64,000 bases of DNA from Acidobacteriota bacterium (GCA_963666215.2 CAXWPL010000005.1:1504001-1568000), one strand, 5' to 3'. Positions 41,454-52,326 are shown, counted from the first letter of the stretch. Translations and numbers: made by a program. Notes: generated by a model not told the origin, from the letters alone.

Positions 41454-42826
41454 TGTCGCTCCTCAAAACAGATCCGCCTGTGAAATCAGCAGATTAGAGC
41501 GCGAGTCCTCACCCCTGGCGCGATTGGCTGTTGCGTCCCCGAACCGCTTCCGTCAGTCTATACGGCCATGACCAAGCTCTTCCTCATGCTAGTCACGATC
41601 GTTCTCCGAGCGCGCCGACTTGTCTTTCGGTCGCGGTCCGATCTTGTTCTAGAGAACGTCGCCTTGAAACAGCAGGTCGACGCGCTGAAGCAGAAGCGAC
41701 CTGGCCCGCGACTCGACGACGCCGGTCGGGCCTTCTGGGTGGCGATGAGAAGAGTGTGGAGCGGCTGGGCCGAACGCCTCGTCATTGTGAAGCCGGAGAC
41801 CGTAGTGAAGTGGCATCGTGAGCGTTTTCGGCGCTACTGGACCGAGATCTCCCGACACAAGCGCTGCCCAGGGCGGCCGAGAGTTGAGGGGGAGATCCGC
41901 GAGTTGATCCGTAGGATGGCTCTGGAAAACAACTGGGGAGCTCCGCGGATTCACGGTGAACTGGAGAAGCTGGGCTTCAGCCTCTCCGAGGCGACCGTCT
42001 CCCGGTACATGCCGCGACGGCCGGCAGATCTCGACGTCGTCCAACGGTGGTTGAGTTTCCTGCGCAACCACAAGGAATGCATCGCAGCGATGGACTTCTT
42101 CACCGTCCCGACCGCCTCGTTCGTGTTCTGTACTGCTGGTTCGTCATCCACCACGACCGACGACGGATCCTTCACTTCAACGCCACGTATAACCCGAGCT
42201 CTGCCTGGGTTATCCAGCAGCTGAGGGAGGCGTTCCCCTACGACACGGCACCGAGGTATCTGATCTTCGACCGCGACGCCATCTTCAGCAAGGCGGTGGC
42301 CGGGTTCGTCCGGTCGATGGGAACCAAGGTGTGTCGAACTGCCTATCGAAGCCCCTGGCAAAACCCTGTGGCAGAGCGCTGGATCGGTGGGTGCCGCCGC
42401 GAGCTCTTCGATCACGTGATCGTGGTCCACGAGCTGCACGCCATCCGGCTCGCCCGCGCCTACATCGACTACTTCCATGAGGACCGCACCCATCTCGGCC
42501 TCGGCAAGGACACGCCGTCTAGGCGACCAGTGACACCGCCCCCGGCGCCGACCGCGAAGGTCGTCTCGATGCCTCGTGTCGGAGGGCTCCATCACCGATA
42601 CGAGTGGCGCGAAGCCGCCTGAACGTGCGGGCCTCGGAGCGGCTCTCTCCACGGGCTGTCTTGAGGAAACAAAGCCTCACCTGGCCAGCGCTAGCGCACC
42701 TGCACCGCGCGAGAGAATCGTTCACCATATCATTCCTACCGATTCTCGCGGTAGATGAGGCCGACTGCCGTTCTGAGCGAACCTCCAGCGTCGACCCTGT
42801 CGGCAGACGAGTATTGAGGAGGCACA
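41454..42826 (+). mobile_element. Integrase-core IS, copy 2 (1373 bp, uninterrupted); transposase 41568-42622 with the same frameshift
   Basis: Near-identical to copy 1 at 19419. Confidence 0.9.
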
Positions 42827-42912
42827 AGGTTGCCTTGAAGAGAATTGAGAGAAACGCACCACCCCGGTGTAATCAAGCGGTGTATACTAGTGGTGACTTC
42901 AAAGGCACGCCC

Positions 42913-43119
42913 ATGAGCCGTATGACGATCACGGTCGACCCTGAGCTGTTGGAGCAAGCGAAAGTAGCTCTCGAAGCGCCGACAAAAGCGGAGACCATCC
43001 GCATTGCCCTGTCGGAGGTCGTACGTAGGCGCCGCCTCAGAGCCGCCTTGACGCACCGGGGGCGGATCCAGTTGGATCTCGACCAGGAGGCCTTGCAGCA
43101 GCTCCGGCGAGATCCATGA
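42913..43119 (+). CDS. vapB: VapB-family antitoxin
   Basis: RMTITVDPELLEQA.....TKAETIRIAL; ATGA overlap with the PIN gene; TATACT upstream. Confidence 0.82.
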   Translation: MSRMTITVDPELLEQAKVALEAPTKAETIRIALSEVVRRRRLRAALTHRGRIQLDLDQEALQQLRRDP

Positions 43120-43511
43120 TCGTCGTGGATAGCTCGGCTTTCATAGAGTACTACCGGAGCTCCGGTTTGCGGAGCGTCCAGGATGCCGTTGCAAACGTGA
43201 TCGCCGCGGATCAGGTCGCTGTCAACGGCGTCATCCAGGTTGAGATCTGCTCCTACGCGTCAGGGGACTCGGAGCGTCGGCAACTGGAGGCGGATTTTCA
43301 GGGTTTCCACTGGCTCGACCTCGGGCCTCCAGATTTTGATCTCGCCACCGATCTCGGATTTCAGCTTCGGCGGCTAGGGCTCACCATTCCAGCCACCGAC
43401 CTGATAATCGCAGCCTCTACGATCCTCGCCAACGCGCGCCTCCTTCATCGGGATGCGCACTTCGACCTGCTGGCACAGCACTCGAAGCTTCAGGGCTTTT
43501 CCACAGATTGA
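43116..43511 (+). CDS. vapC: VapC PIN-domain toxin
   Basis: IVVDSSAFI, E, TDLIIAA, LLHRDAHF. Confidence 0.9.
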   Translation: MIVVDSSAFIEYYRSSGLRSVQDAVANVIAADQVAVNGVIQVEICSYASGDSERRQLEADFQGFHWLDLGPPDFDLATDLGFQLRRLGLTIPATDLIIAASTILANARLLHRDAHFDLLAQHSKLQGFSTD

Positions 43512-43689
43512 CGAGACGGGAGTAGGAGCCGGAGGGCGTTGAGACGCGGCCCCACGGAGAATACGACGATCAGGCCGAGCCCCAGTCGTCGTAGATAGAG
43601 GAGGCCGCCGGCGAGGGCCGAAGCGGGGCGCTGAGAGGAGAAGGCTCAGGCCCTGGCTACTCCGGGCTTTCCCGGATGTCGCCCTTCAA

Positions 43690-43731
43690 GCTGAAGTTGG
43701 GGCTCGCTCCGCAGACGCAGCAGATCTTCAT
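43690..43731 (-). pseudogene. Very short 5' remnant of a UDP-GlcNAc 2-epimerase (WecB-like) gene
   Basis: MKICCVCGASPNF resembles the G-A-R-P-N-F start motif and lies right after the nucleotide-sugar dehydrogenase. Confidence 0.5.
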
Positions 43732-43754
43732 ATTGGAGATCCGACCCTATGCCT

Positions 43755-44247
43755 TCACACACGGGCATCGACGGAGCTGGGGTCCGAGAAGACGTTGCGC
43801 GTATCTACGACCAGCCCGGCGAGCTTGCCGACGCTCTCCCAGTCAATCGCACGGTGGTCGGTGACGATCAAGACACAGTCCTGCGATCGCAAAAAGTGCT
43901 CGCTCAGAGGCTCCGATGTCAACTCGATGTCGTACCTTCGCATCGGCGGGAAAACGGGGACATGGGGGTCGTGGTACGAAACCTCGGCTCCCTCCGCTAA
44001 AAGGCGCTTGATGATTTCGGCCGCCGGCGTCTCCCGAACGTCCGCTACGTCGGCCTTGTAGGCGATACCGCAGATGAGGATTCGGGCTCCCCGCAGTGCC
44101 TTACCCTCATCGTTGAGGGCCGTGGCCACGCGGGAGATTACAAAGTTGGGCATCCACGCGTTGATCGCCCCGGCCAGCTCGATGAAACGTGTGTTGAGGC
44201 CCACCTCTTTCGCCTTCCAGGTCAGATAGAAGGGATCGATGGGAATG
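43755..44247 (-). pseudogene. Nucleotide-sugar dehydrogenase (WbpA/WecC-like) 3' half, truncated by IS5
   Basis: IPIDPFYLTWKA, GIAYKADVADVRETPA, YHDPHV, IVTDH, VDTRN; cut just after the catalytic GGHC. Confidence 0.88.
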
Positions 44248-45357
44248 GGCGTTGGTGCATGAATCGACTTCGGCCCCGACGGTAGCATTGGCTCGGGATC
44301 CCGACCATTCATGGAGGGGGGCGATGCCATGGCCGCACGCAAGTCGAGCCGAGTCAACCGCGAGTACAAGACGAAGTACAGGGTCAGAAACTGGAGCGAG
44401 TACGAGTGTGGCCTCAGGAGCCGTGGCGATGTCACGATCTGGTTGAGCGAGGAGGCGATCGCTGCGTGGACGCCACAGAAGAACGGTCTGCGCGGAGGGC
44501 AGCGACGATACTCGAACCTCGCGATCTTGACCGGGTTGACGCTGCGCGCCGTGTTCCGCCTACCGCTTCGCCAGACCGAGGGATTCCTGGACTCGCTGCT
44601 GAGCTTGATGGGCCTGGACCTCAAGGCCCCAGACCACACCACACTCTCGCGCCGGAACCAGGACGTCGAGGTGCCACCCCTGACCCGAGCCCAGGACGGC
44701 CCGATGCACCTGGTGGTCGATTCCACGGGGCTCAAGATCCTGGGTTCTGGCGAGTGGAACCAGCACAAGTACAAGGCATCGAGGAAGCGCCGGGACTGGC
44801 GGAAGCTGCACAGCGGAGTGGATGACGAGGGCTTCATCGTGGCGGCCGAGCTCACGGCGAGCAGCGAGGGCGACGCCTCCACGCTCCCTGATCTCCTCGC
44901 CCAGATCGAGGTTCCAATCCGGCGTTTCACGGCAGACGGGGCCTATGACCACAGGTCGATCTACGATCGGGTCGCGGCGGCCGGTACAGAGGACATCATG
45001 ATCGTGATCCCACCTCGTCGCTCGGCGGTGTGTGCGGGGCCCACGGACGGCCCGTGGGCGCAGCGAGAAGCGGCTCTTCAGAGGATTCGTGAGGTCGGAC
45101 GACGAGAGTGGCAGAAGGAGTCGGGTTACCGACAGCAGGCTCGCGTTGAGAACGGGTTCTTCCGATACAAGTCACGGCTCGGAGGCGACCTGAAGGCGAG
45201 CAACAGCAAGGCGCAGACGAGAGAGGCCATGATCGGGTGTTTCACATCCTTAACCGGATGGCAGGGCTCGGCAGGCCAGAGTCCTACGCTGTGTCGTGAC
45301 GGAATGGCTGGGAAAAGCGGCCCAGGCTCGCTCTGGGTCGAATCGTGCAACAGCGCC
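44248..45357 (+). mobile_element. IS5-family element, copy 2; transposase from 44329 with a frameshift near 45240
   Basis: Ends GGCGTTGGTGCA / TGCAACAGCGCC; close homologue of copy 1. Confidence 0.9.
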
Positions 45358-46104
45358 CTAACGCGGTAACAGACGACCGACGAACGACTCGGCGAAGGAC
45401 CCAGGAGGCGACGGCGTCAGCTGCTCCGGGGCACAGATCTGTCGGATCGTGCCACCTTCGAGGATGGCTACCCGGTCGGCCAGGGCGCCGGCCTCGTCGG
45501 GATCGTGGGTGACCAGAAGCGTCGGCACCTGGCGCTCGGCAAGCAGCTCACGCACCAAACCGATGAGCTGTTCCTTCAGCGCGATGTCCAGACTCCCAAA
45601 AGGCTCGTCAAGCAGCAGAGCTGTTGGCTCGTAGACCAAAGCGCGCGCCAGAGCTACCCGCTGACGCTCGCCTCCAGACAAGTCTCCAGGGTAGGCGCGA
45701 CCTCGGTCGCCCAGGCCCACTCTTTCCAGCCACTCATCCACCAGCACGTGTCGATCGGACCTCTTGAAGCCCTTGGCCGAGAGCACGAACCCGAGATTGC
45801 GCGCGACGGTGAGGTGCGGCCACAGAGCCAGATCCTGAAAGACGACGGCGAGGTTCCTCTCCTCCGGAGGAACGAGAATCCGCGCGCCTCGGCTCACCTC
45901 GCGTCCCGCGATACGGACGACACCCTGGCGCGGCCGAGCTAGACCGAGCACGGCACGCAAGAGAGTCGTCTTGCCAGTTCCCGAGGCTCCCGCCACCGCG
46001 ACCACCTCGCCTTGCGCGACGGCGAGCGAGAGATCGTGGACGACGGCCCTAGTGCCGAATGCGAGCTCGAGGCCCTCGATCTGGAGAACGGTCGATTCTT
46101 TCAC
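45358..46104 (-). CDS. ABC transporter ATP-binding protein (Fe3+/FbpC-like)
   Basis: GASGTGKT, VFQDLALWPHLTV, LSGGERQR, LLDEP, VTHD. Confidence 0.9.
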   Translation of the reverse strand: MKESTVLQIEGLELAFGTRAVVHDLSLAVAQGEVVAVAGASGTGKTTLLRAVLGLARPRQGVVRIAGREVSRGARILVPPEERNLAVVFQDLALWPHLTVARNLGFVLSAKGFKRSDRHVLVDEWLERVGLGDRGRAYPGDLSGGERQRVALARALVYEPTALLLDEPFGSLDIALKEQLIGLVRELLAERQVPTLLVTHDPDEAGALADRVAILEGGTIRQICAPEQLTPSPPGSFAESFVGRLLPR

Positions 46105-47723
46105 CGGCGTCGAGCCCCCAACGACAGCAGCAGCGAGCCCACGGTCACCGCCCCGGCTACCAGCACCACTTGAACCAGCGCCAGTGCGGCCACGAGCCGC
46201 GGAGGTCCGTTGGCTTCGAGGGTGAAGAGGCGCACCGTTAGCGGCTCTGCGCCAGGCGGATAGAAGAGGACGACGGTATCGAGGTCTCGCATACAGAAGA
46301 CAAGAGTGAGCAGAAAGGCCAGCGCCAACCCCCGCCAGTGGGGCCGTAGCACTAACATGACGAGCCGGCGCAAGAAAGACGCGCCGGCAACCTGGCCGCC
46401 CTCCTCCAGCTGCGGCGAAGACTGCGCGAACGCAACGGCCGAGGAGCGGACCGCCAGAATCGCGTACCGACCACAGCCGGCGATCACCAGAATCGCGGTC
46501 GTTGTATACACCCACTGAGTCGCCGGCCGGTTCCAGGCCGAGATCAACCCCACGCCGAGCACAGCCGACGGCATCACGAAAGCGAGAAAGAGACAGCCGT
46601 CCAAGATCGACGCAATCCTCGACCTCCGCACCAGGGCGTGCCCGACAACGCAAGCGATCGCGGTGGCAGCGGCGGCCGCTATAAACGCCGTCGACAGGCT
46701 CGTCCAAAGACTGTCGCCCAACGCCAGCTTCTGCCCTGGCCGAATCGGGCCTACCATCGCACGCCAGACCAGGCCCGCGAGCGGAGCCACCCCCGCTGCC
46801 GCCAATGCGAGCACGACCGCTGTCGCAAGGCTCCGCCAACGTCCCAGCTCTATCGGCTGTCGTGACTCGCGAAGGCCGAGCAGATCGAAGCGGCGCCGAC
46901 CGAAGAGTCGGCGCTCGGCGACGACCAGGAGAAGACCGGCGACAAGCAGCGGCGTCGCCAGTGCGACCGCCTCGCCGGGGTTGAAGTCGATCCCCGCCAA
47001 GCGGGAAAACACGACTTCGCTGTAGGCGCGCGTGCCAAAAAACAGAGGCACCCCGAGCTCGGAGATGGCCAGCGAAAAGACGACGACAGAGGCGAGGGCG
47101 ACGGCAGGCGCGGCGCCCGGGAGCAGGACCGAGCGGAACACGTGCAGCGGCCTAGCCACCACCAGAGCCGCCTCTTCGAGAGAAGGCTCGATGCCGCGCA
47201 GCGCAAACGCGGTCAGGGTGGTCACGATCGGCGCCAGCGCGAAGGTCAGCACCCAAGTCACGGCCGGCTCACCAGAGAGCGAACGACCGCCGATACCGGC
47301 GCCGGCCACACCGCTCAGATCGACGAGGTGAAACCAACCCAGTGCCAGTAGGAAAGGCGGCAGAAAGAGCGGGAAGGCATGGACCAGCCACAGTATGCGC
47401 CGCAGCGGAAGATCACTGCGGCCGAAAAGGCACCCCAGCGGGATGCCGACGGCCAGGGAAAGGAGGGTCACGAGGAGAGCTCGTGCTGCAGAGCGAAGAA
47501 AAAGCGCCCACAGATCCCACCGCTGAAGAAGGCTGAGACTGTCGACAGTAGACGAAGTCAGCTCGGCCACGAGGGCGAGAAGAGGCAGGGAGGCGACGAG
47601 CGCGACGCAGACCGTCGCGAGCACGAGCGCGCCGACTCGCTGGTAACGTCGCCAGCGTTCGTGCACGGCCGTGTGCAGCCAGCCGTGACCGACCCCAGCG
47701 CCAAGGCTCAGAGACCGACCCAT
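46101..47723 (-). CDS. ABC transporter permease (FbpB-like, two EAA domains)
   Basis: LEEAALV, LEEGGQVAGAS; many TM helices. Confidence 0.85.
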   Translation of the reverse strand: MGRSLSLGAGVGHGWLHTAVHERWRRYQRVGALVLATVCVALVASLPLLALVAELTSSTVDSLSLLQRWDLWALFLRSAARALLVTLLSLAVGIPLGCLFGRSDLPLRRILWLVHAFPLFLPPFLLALGWFHLVDLSGVAGAGIGGRSLSGEPAVTWVLTFALAPIVTTLTAFALRGIEPSLEEAALVVARPLHVFRSVLLPGAAPAVALASVVVFSLAISELGVPLFFGTRAYSEVVFSRLAGIDFNPGEAVALATPLLVAGLLLVVAERRLFGRRRFDLLGLRESRQPIELGRWRSLATAVVLALAAAGVAPLAGLVWRAMVGPIRPGQKLALGDSLWTSLSTAFIAAAAATAIACVVGHALVRRSRIASILDGCLFLAFVMPSAVLGVGLISAWNRPATQWVYTTTAILVIAGCGRYAILAVRSSAVAFAQSSPQLEEGGQVAGASFLRRLVMLVLRPHWRGLALAFLLTLVFCMRDLDTVVLFYPPGAEPLTVRLFTLEANGPPRLVAALALVQVVLVAGAVTVGSLLLSLGARRR

Positions 47724-48730
47724 TCGCGGAGCCACGGTTGCAAGCTCTCCATCGTTTTCGCTACTTCGGCGTAGTCGACCTGCATCGCGTTCAGGCTCGA
47801 CACCGCTGGTACCGAAGCAGGGGCCACCGTGTCGTCGCGGAGCGGCATGTGAGCGGCGCTCATTGCCAACAGACGTTCGCTTGTGGCAGAGAGAAGACAG
47901 TCGACGAGGCGTCTGCCCGCAGCAGGATGTGGCGCACCCGCGATCAGCACCACGGAGGTCGGCATCACCAGGGTTCCGATGCCGTCCTGGTCCGGGTAGG
48001 CAACCTCGACGGGATCACCTTCCGAGAGCGCGACGAACGCATCGTCGGTGTCAGTCAGTCCGAAAGCCACCTGCCCAGAAGCGACGAGACGTCTCACCTC
48101 ACCGTTCGAGCTGGCGACGCGCACCTGGTTGTCCTGAAGGGCCTCGAGGAAGGCGCGTGCCTCATCTACGCCCCAGATCACCGCCAGCGCGGCGACGTGC
48201 ATGGTGGTGGTGCCGAAGAGCGGATTGGCGATGGCGCTCTGCCCACGCCAGCGCGGATCGGCAAGATCGCGGATCGAGTCGGGGCGATCCCCCTCGGAGA
48301 GGAGCTCACGATTCACCAGCAAGACGCGGGCCCGCGCCGCGATGCCAGTCCAGGTTCCGTCCTCGGCGCGGAACCCCACCGGCACGGCAGCCGCCTCCGG
48401 AGAGACGTAGGGGTCGATGAGACCACGTTCGTCGAGCAGAAACGGCCGCACCGGGTCTCCGGACCAGAAGACGTCGGCCTGCGGATGGTCGGCCTCGGCG
48501 AGGAGACGATTGAGAATGCCGGTGCTCTTCGTCTCCTCGGTGTCGAAGACGCCCCTGACTCGGAGCCCGAGGCGCTCCTCGCACGAGCGGAAGACGGGCT
48601 CGGAGAACACCTGATCGACTGAGGTGTAGACCACGACTTCGCCCTCGCCACTGCCAGAGCCACATCCGAGGGCGAAGACGGAAACTAGCGCGAAGCCGAG
48701 CAGGGCACAGTTGCTGACAGGTTTCCTCAT
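47708..48730 (-). CDS. ABC substrate-binding lipoprotein (iron/FbpA-AfuA-like)
   Basis: Lipobox ALGC; VVVYTS, PQADVFW, DLADPRWRG, GLTDTDD. Confidence 0.85.
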   Translation of the reverse strand: MRKPVSNCALLGFALVSVFALGCGSGSGEGEVVVYTSVDQVFSEPVFRSCEERLGLRVRGVFDTEETKSTGILNRLLAEADHPQADVFWSGDPVRPFLLDERGLIDPYVSPEAAAVPVGFRAEDGTWTGIAARARVLLVNRELLSEGDRPDSIRDLADPRWRGQSAIANPLFGTTTMHVAALAVIWGVDEARAFLEALQDNQVRVASSNGEVRRLVASGQVAFGLTDTDDAFVALSEGDPVEVAYPDQDGIGTLVMPTSVVLIAGAPHPAAGRRLVDCLLSATSERLLAMSAAHMPLRDDTVAPASVPAVSSLNAMQVDYAEVAKTMESLQPWLREWVGL

Positions 48731-48734
48731 GGCA

Positions 48735-49526
48735 TCAGTCGCCTTCGGTCAGATCGGCGGCCTCGCCGCTTGCCCCTTCATCGAAGGTCGCCAAGCGCAG
48801 ATCGTCGAACCAGGTGACGCTGTCGGCTTTGGTCCACAGGCCCACGCGCCCCGGGTTCTGGAAAGTCTCGTCAGTCACCTGGAACAGCTCGCGACCGTCG
48901 AGAAAGGCAGTGAAGAGCTGCCCCTCTGCGCGCACGCCGAGCTTCGACCAGGACCGCAACGGCACGTCGACGTCTATGCCGTAGGAACGTCCCTTGCCGA
49001 GGAGAGGAAGATCTGTCCGCTCGCCGTTCTCCATCTTGTAGAGGACCACATTGTCTTCGAGAGCGTTCGCCCGCAGGACATAGTAGTTGTCGGGGTCCTG
49101 GTACCTCCATATCAAGCCGATGGCCTGGTCCTTTGTGCCCGAGACTGGATGGCCCATCACCGACAGCTCCACATCGCGCGCCCGAGGCGCGTCGAGCACC
49201 AACAGCGGAAAGCGGTAGTTGGTGCGATCGACGTCGAGCTGCGCGACTGCGAGGTGGCCGGACGGAGCGGGTCCGGCCTCGATCACCTCCCACCGGCCCT
49301 CGGCACCGCGACCTGAGTGGGCCGCTGAGAAGCCGTGGGGAAGCATGCCGAGCGGATCCCCCTCGAAATCGTAGAGCTGTGAAGACGGCACGTTTTCCAG
49401 GCCAGCCTGCTCGCCTGCGGCGGCCCCTGCACTCGCGGCCGCCGGGTCATCTTTTCCCCTGGGCTCACCGCAGGCGACAGCCCAGAGCAGCAATAGGACG
49501 GTCGGGCCGAGCGTTCTGTGTTTCAT
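48735..49526 (-). CDS. DUF1080/LamG-like beta-sandwich lipoprotein
   Basis: Lipobox AVAC; GLIWRYQDPDNYY, GRVGLWTKADSVTWFDD. Confidence 0.72.
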   Translation of the reverse strand: MKHRTLGPTVLLLLWAVACGEPRGKDDPAAASAGAAAGEQAGLENVPSSQLYDFEGDPLGMLPHGFSAAHSGRGAEGRWEVIEAGPAPSGHLAVAQLDVDRTNYRFPLLVLDAPRARDVELSVMGHPVSGTKDQAIGLIWRYQDPDNYYVLRANALEDNVVLYKMENGERTDLPLLGKGRSYGIDVDVPLRSWSKLGVRAEGQLFTAFLDGRELFQVTDETFQNPGRVGLWTKADSVTWFDDLRLATFDEGASGEAADLTEGD

Positions 49527-49680
49527 GCAGGGCACCTTTCTGGCCAACAAGGCTACCGCTAGCTAGTTGTAACACGATCATCTCGCTCCGAGTGTCATTA
49601 CTCCTTCTACGCCCTTCAGGTATTAGCCTCCGCGGATTGATGGCAGCTGCGAAGGGAGATTACGGAAGAGCCCTTGGGAG

Positions 49681-50487
49681 AGCATTGTCAACTTGGCCTT
49701 GGCCGAGGCGAGATCTGGCGTCATCAAGGGTTGGTCGGCTCGGATTCAGCGGGCGCACGTCACCTGCCGCCAGACGCCGAAAGAACGATCTCTCAGCGTA
49801 CGGTGGTCGCCTGCGCTCACGAGATGCCGCCCGACGCGGAAAAGGTTCCGGATGACTCCGTGAGCGGAGAGGAATCGCTGCGCCTGGCCGGGCGACTTGA
49901 AGCGGCGCATCTTTCGCTCTCGCTGCCGGGTCGGCTGATGGGAGACCTCAGCCCGATTGTTCGCGTACTGGCTCGTATCGTGCCTGACGGAGGGCATGGT
50001 GGTCCGATGCGCTGCGCCATAACTCCTCAGCTTGTCGGTCACCAGGAGCACCGGTTCTGCCCCTTGGCCCTTCAAGAGCTTGCGGAAGAAGCGTTCCGCT
50101 GCTTTTCGATCACGGCGTGGCTGCACGAGGATGTCGATCACACCTCCGTCCTGATCGATGGCACGCCAAAGATACTGCCGCTGGCCCTGGATATTCACGA
50201 AGACTTCGTCCAAGAACCACGTGTCACCGAGTCGGCCGCCTCGCCGCTTCAAGTTGCGGGCGTACTCGGTGCCGAACTTCCGGCACCATTGACGGATGGT
50301 CTCGTAGGAGACGACGATTCCTCGCTCCGCCAGAAGATCCTCGACGTCGCGAAGGCTCAGGCAGAAGCGATGATAGAGCCAGACTGCGTGAGTGATGATC
50401 TCGGGCGGAAACCGGTGACCGCGGTAGCTGGGCGTGCTGCTTTTCATGGGCCGACTCTGCCACCCATCGGCTCAACCTGACAGTACC
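49681..50487 (-). mobile_element. IS6-family element, copy 2; intact transposase 50447-49746
   Basis: Same ends and protein as copy 1; 233-aa ORF. Confidence 0.9.
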
Positions 50488-50605
50488 GTCCTGAGGCCTC
50501 GAGATCAGATTCTCCTTGACGCCCTGGGCAAGGATGTAGTCCATGCGCCCGAGCGGCGCCGCTTCTTCCTGCTCACCACGATCGCTTGGTAGCGCCGTCC
50601 CCAGA
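50488..50605 (-). pseudogene. Fragment resembling an IS200/RAYT-type Y1 transposase
   Basis: WGRRYQAIVVS / MDYILAQGVKENLISRPQD across a frameshift. Confidence 0.45.
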
Positions 50606-50606
50606 A

Positions 50607-50660
50607 TATTGGCAACGGTTGGAAAGTGAGCCACTCACCGTTTTAGAAGTGAGCCACCCT
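50607..50660 (+). mobile_element. Solitary IS21-like end
   Basis: Tandem AAGTGAGCCAC repeats, typical of IS21 terminal binding sites; no istAB follows. Confidence 0.5.
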
Positions 50661-50814
50661 CGGCAAGTTTGAGTGTACGAGAATTCTCTCCGTTTCTCCT
50701 TTTCTTCAGTTCTTTAGATCGAGCTCGTCGTCGCGGCTACGGTAGCCAGCCTAGCTGCCGCCGCTCTCGTTCAGGGCGCGGCCAGCATCGCCAGCCTCGG
50801 CAGCCGGGCTCGGT

Positions 50815-51963
50815 CTACAGATCGAAGGGCGCCAGGAAGTGCCACTTGTCCCGAGTCTCGCCGGCATTCTTGATCGCTTCGCGCGAATCCAGAATCGCCT
50901 TGCCGGCAAGCGTCTTATGGAAGAACCAGCGTGTCGCCTCGTACGCTTCCGGCGTGTGGTCGGCAAGCGCGATGGCGGCCATCTCGTAGTAGCCGCGGAT
51001 ATCCTGGGCGACACGGGCGGGAATGCCCGGGATACCCGCTTTCTTCCAGTGGGTTCCCTCGGCGCAGCGGGCAAAGGCCCCGACCGCCTCGGGGATCTGG
51101 TCGGCGTCCACCGTCCGACCGGTGCCCACCGCGTTTCCCCAGTCCGAGACGGCGCGATCGTAGGCGCCGCGAATGCCGAGTGCCTCGTCGACCGCGGGGT
51201 GCGCGTCGGGGTCGTGGCGCGGCGGCAGCGGGCACGCCAACGCGGTCTCGCCGTCATCGATGATCGTGTCGGGAAAGTCCTCGATGGTCTGCTCGCTGAC
51301 GCGATCAACCATGCTCAGCGCCTGCCATAGAACGTGGTGCTGGAATTCGGCATCATTGGGCCGCCCCAGAGGACGGCCGAGCGGGAAGTTGCAGTAGAGA
51401 CCGCGCGGCGCCGCGGTGCCCTCGAGCTGAGCTCGGATCGAGCCCAGAGTCACGGTTGCCATTCCGGCCGCTTCGAAGGCGTGTGCCAGCGTACTCACGG
51501 TACGCGTACAGATCTGTCAGACAGGGGTCAGCAGCACGACGTCGACGCCGGCCTCTCGCAGGATCTTCGCCCCGGCCGGTCCGCTGTCGAGCTGGATGCC
51601 CGAGAGCTGAGGTTGGTTGCCGGCAAACGCCATGTGCACATCCGAGACATGCCCGATCTTGCCCTCGGACTCGAGCTCGCGAAGGCGATCGATGGGGAAA
51701 ACCACGTTGTGGTCCAGAGCGAAGCCGGTGCTATCGAGGCCGGGACTCCAGTGGCTCAGCACCAGATCATCGCGACGGCCGTCGAGCAACCGGAACGAGA
51801 TGTCGTGAGGGGCGTAGTTGTCCTGGTCCGGATGCCGCAATGTCGCCGAGGAGACGATCGCGACCGTGGACTCGGAAAGTGGCTTCGCTGTCGTGAAAAC
51901 TGGATTCTCGGGGGGCAGGCACTCCAGCCCCGCCGTCATCGCCTTGAGCTCTTGATCTCCCAT
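50815..51963 (-). CDS. Probable selenoprotein of the GrdB/PrdB (glycine/betaine/sarcosine/D-proline reductase B) family with a C-terminal extension
   Basis: ORFs 52041-51517 and 51498-50815 are in frame: GVDVVLLTPV-TGA(51519-17)-QICTRTVSTLAHAFEAAG. Also DHNVVFPIDRLREL and PRGLYCNFPLGRPLG. Confidence 0.88.
51489..51505 (-). promoter_or_regulatory. SECIS-like hairpin
   Basis: GCGTAC-CGTGA-GTACGC on the minus strand, beginning 11 nt after the UGA. Confidence 0.68.
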
Positions 51964-52031
51964 GGCACTAGCTATAGCTAGTCTACTCCTCGGGAGGGGC
52001 TCGACGCTAGTAGGTAGAATCGCCCAGCAGC

Positions 52032-52280
52032 ATGACTTCATCGAGGCGACACACTTTCACCGCCTTCGCGCTGGCGCCGCTTCTCGCCGCGACCGTCTTC
52101 GCCTATGAGCCACCACGAACCGCCGACGGCAGACCCGACCTGCAGGGAGTCTGGACCAACTCGTCTCTGACCGGATTGTCGCGCCCGCGAGGGATCGACA
52201 AACGGGTGCTGAGCCCAGACCAGGCCGAGCAGTTGGCTGCTGGCCATTTTCACAACCTCCGCCTGGCCAAAGAGCTCGAG
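52032..52280 (+). pseudogene. 5' fragment of a secreted protein (PRTADGRPDLQGVW type)
   Basis: Signal peptide plus motif, then runs into the repeat modules. Confidence 0.55.
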
Positions 52281-52326
52281 AAAGGGATAGGCGTTTCCTT
52301 GGGCGCCAGGCATCGTATCGGTTTGG

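Noticed and set aside
43755-44930. 391-aa ORF as a full gene
   Set aside because: The N-terminal part is IS5 antisense sequence; only 44247-43755 is the dehydrogenase remnant.
32008-45357. Composite transposon formed by the two IS5 copies
   Set aside because: The copies are diverged and the outer flanks share no target duplication.
34098-50495. GTCCTGAG as an 8-bp TSD around the two IS6 copies
   Set aside because: The left copy is offset 3 nt from the IS end and the flanks belong to unrelated fragments; likely coincidence.
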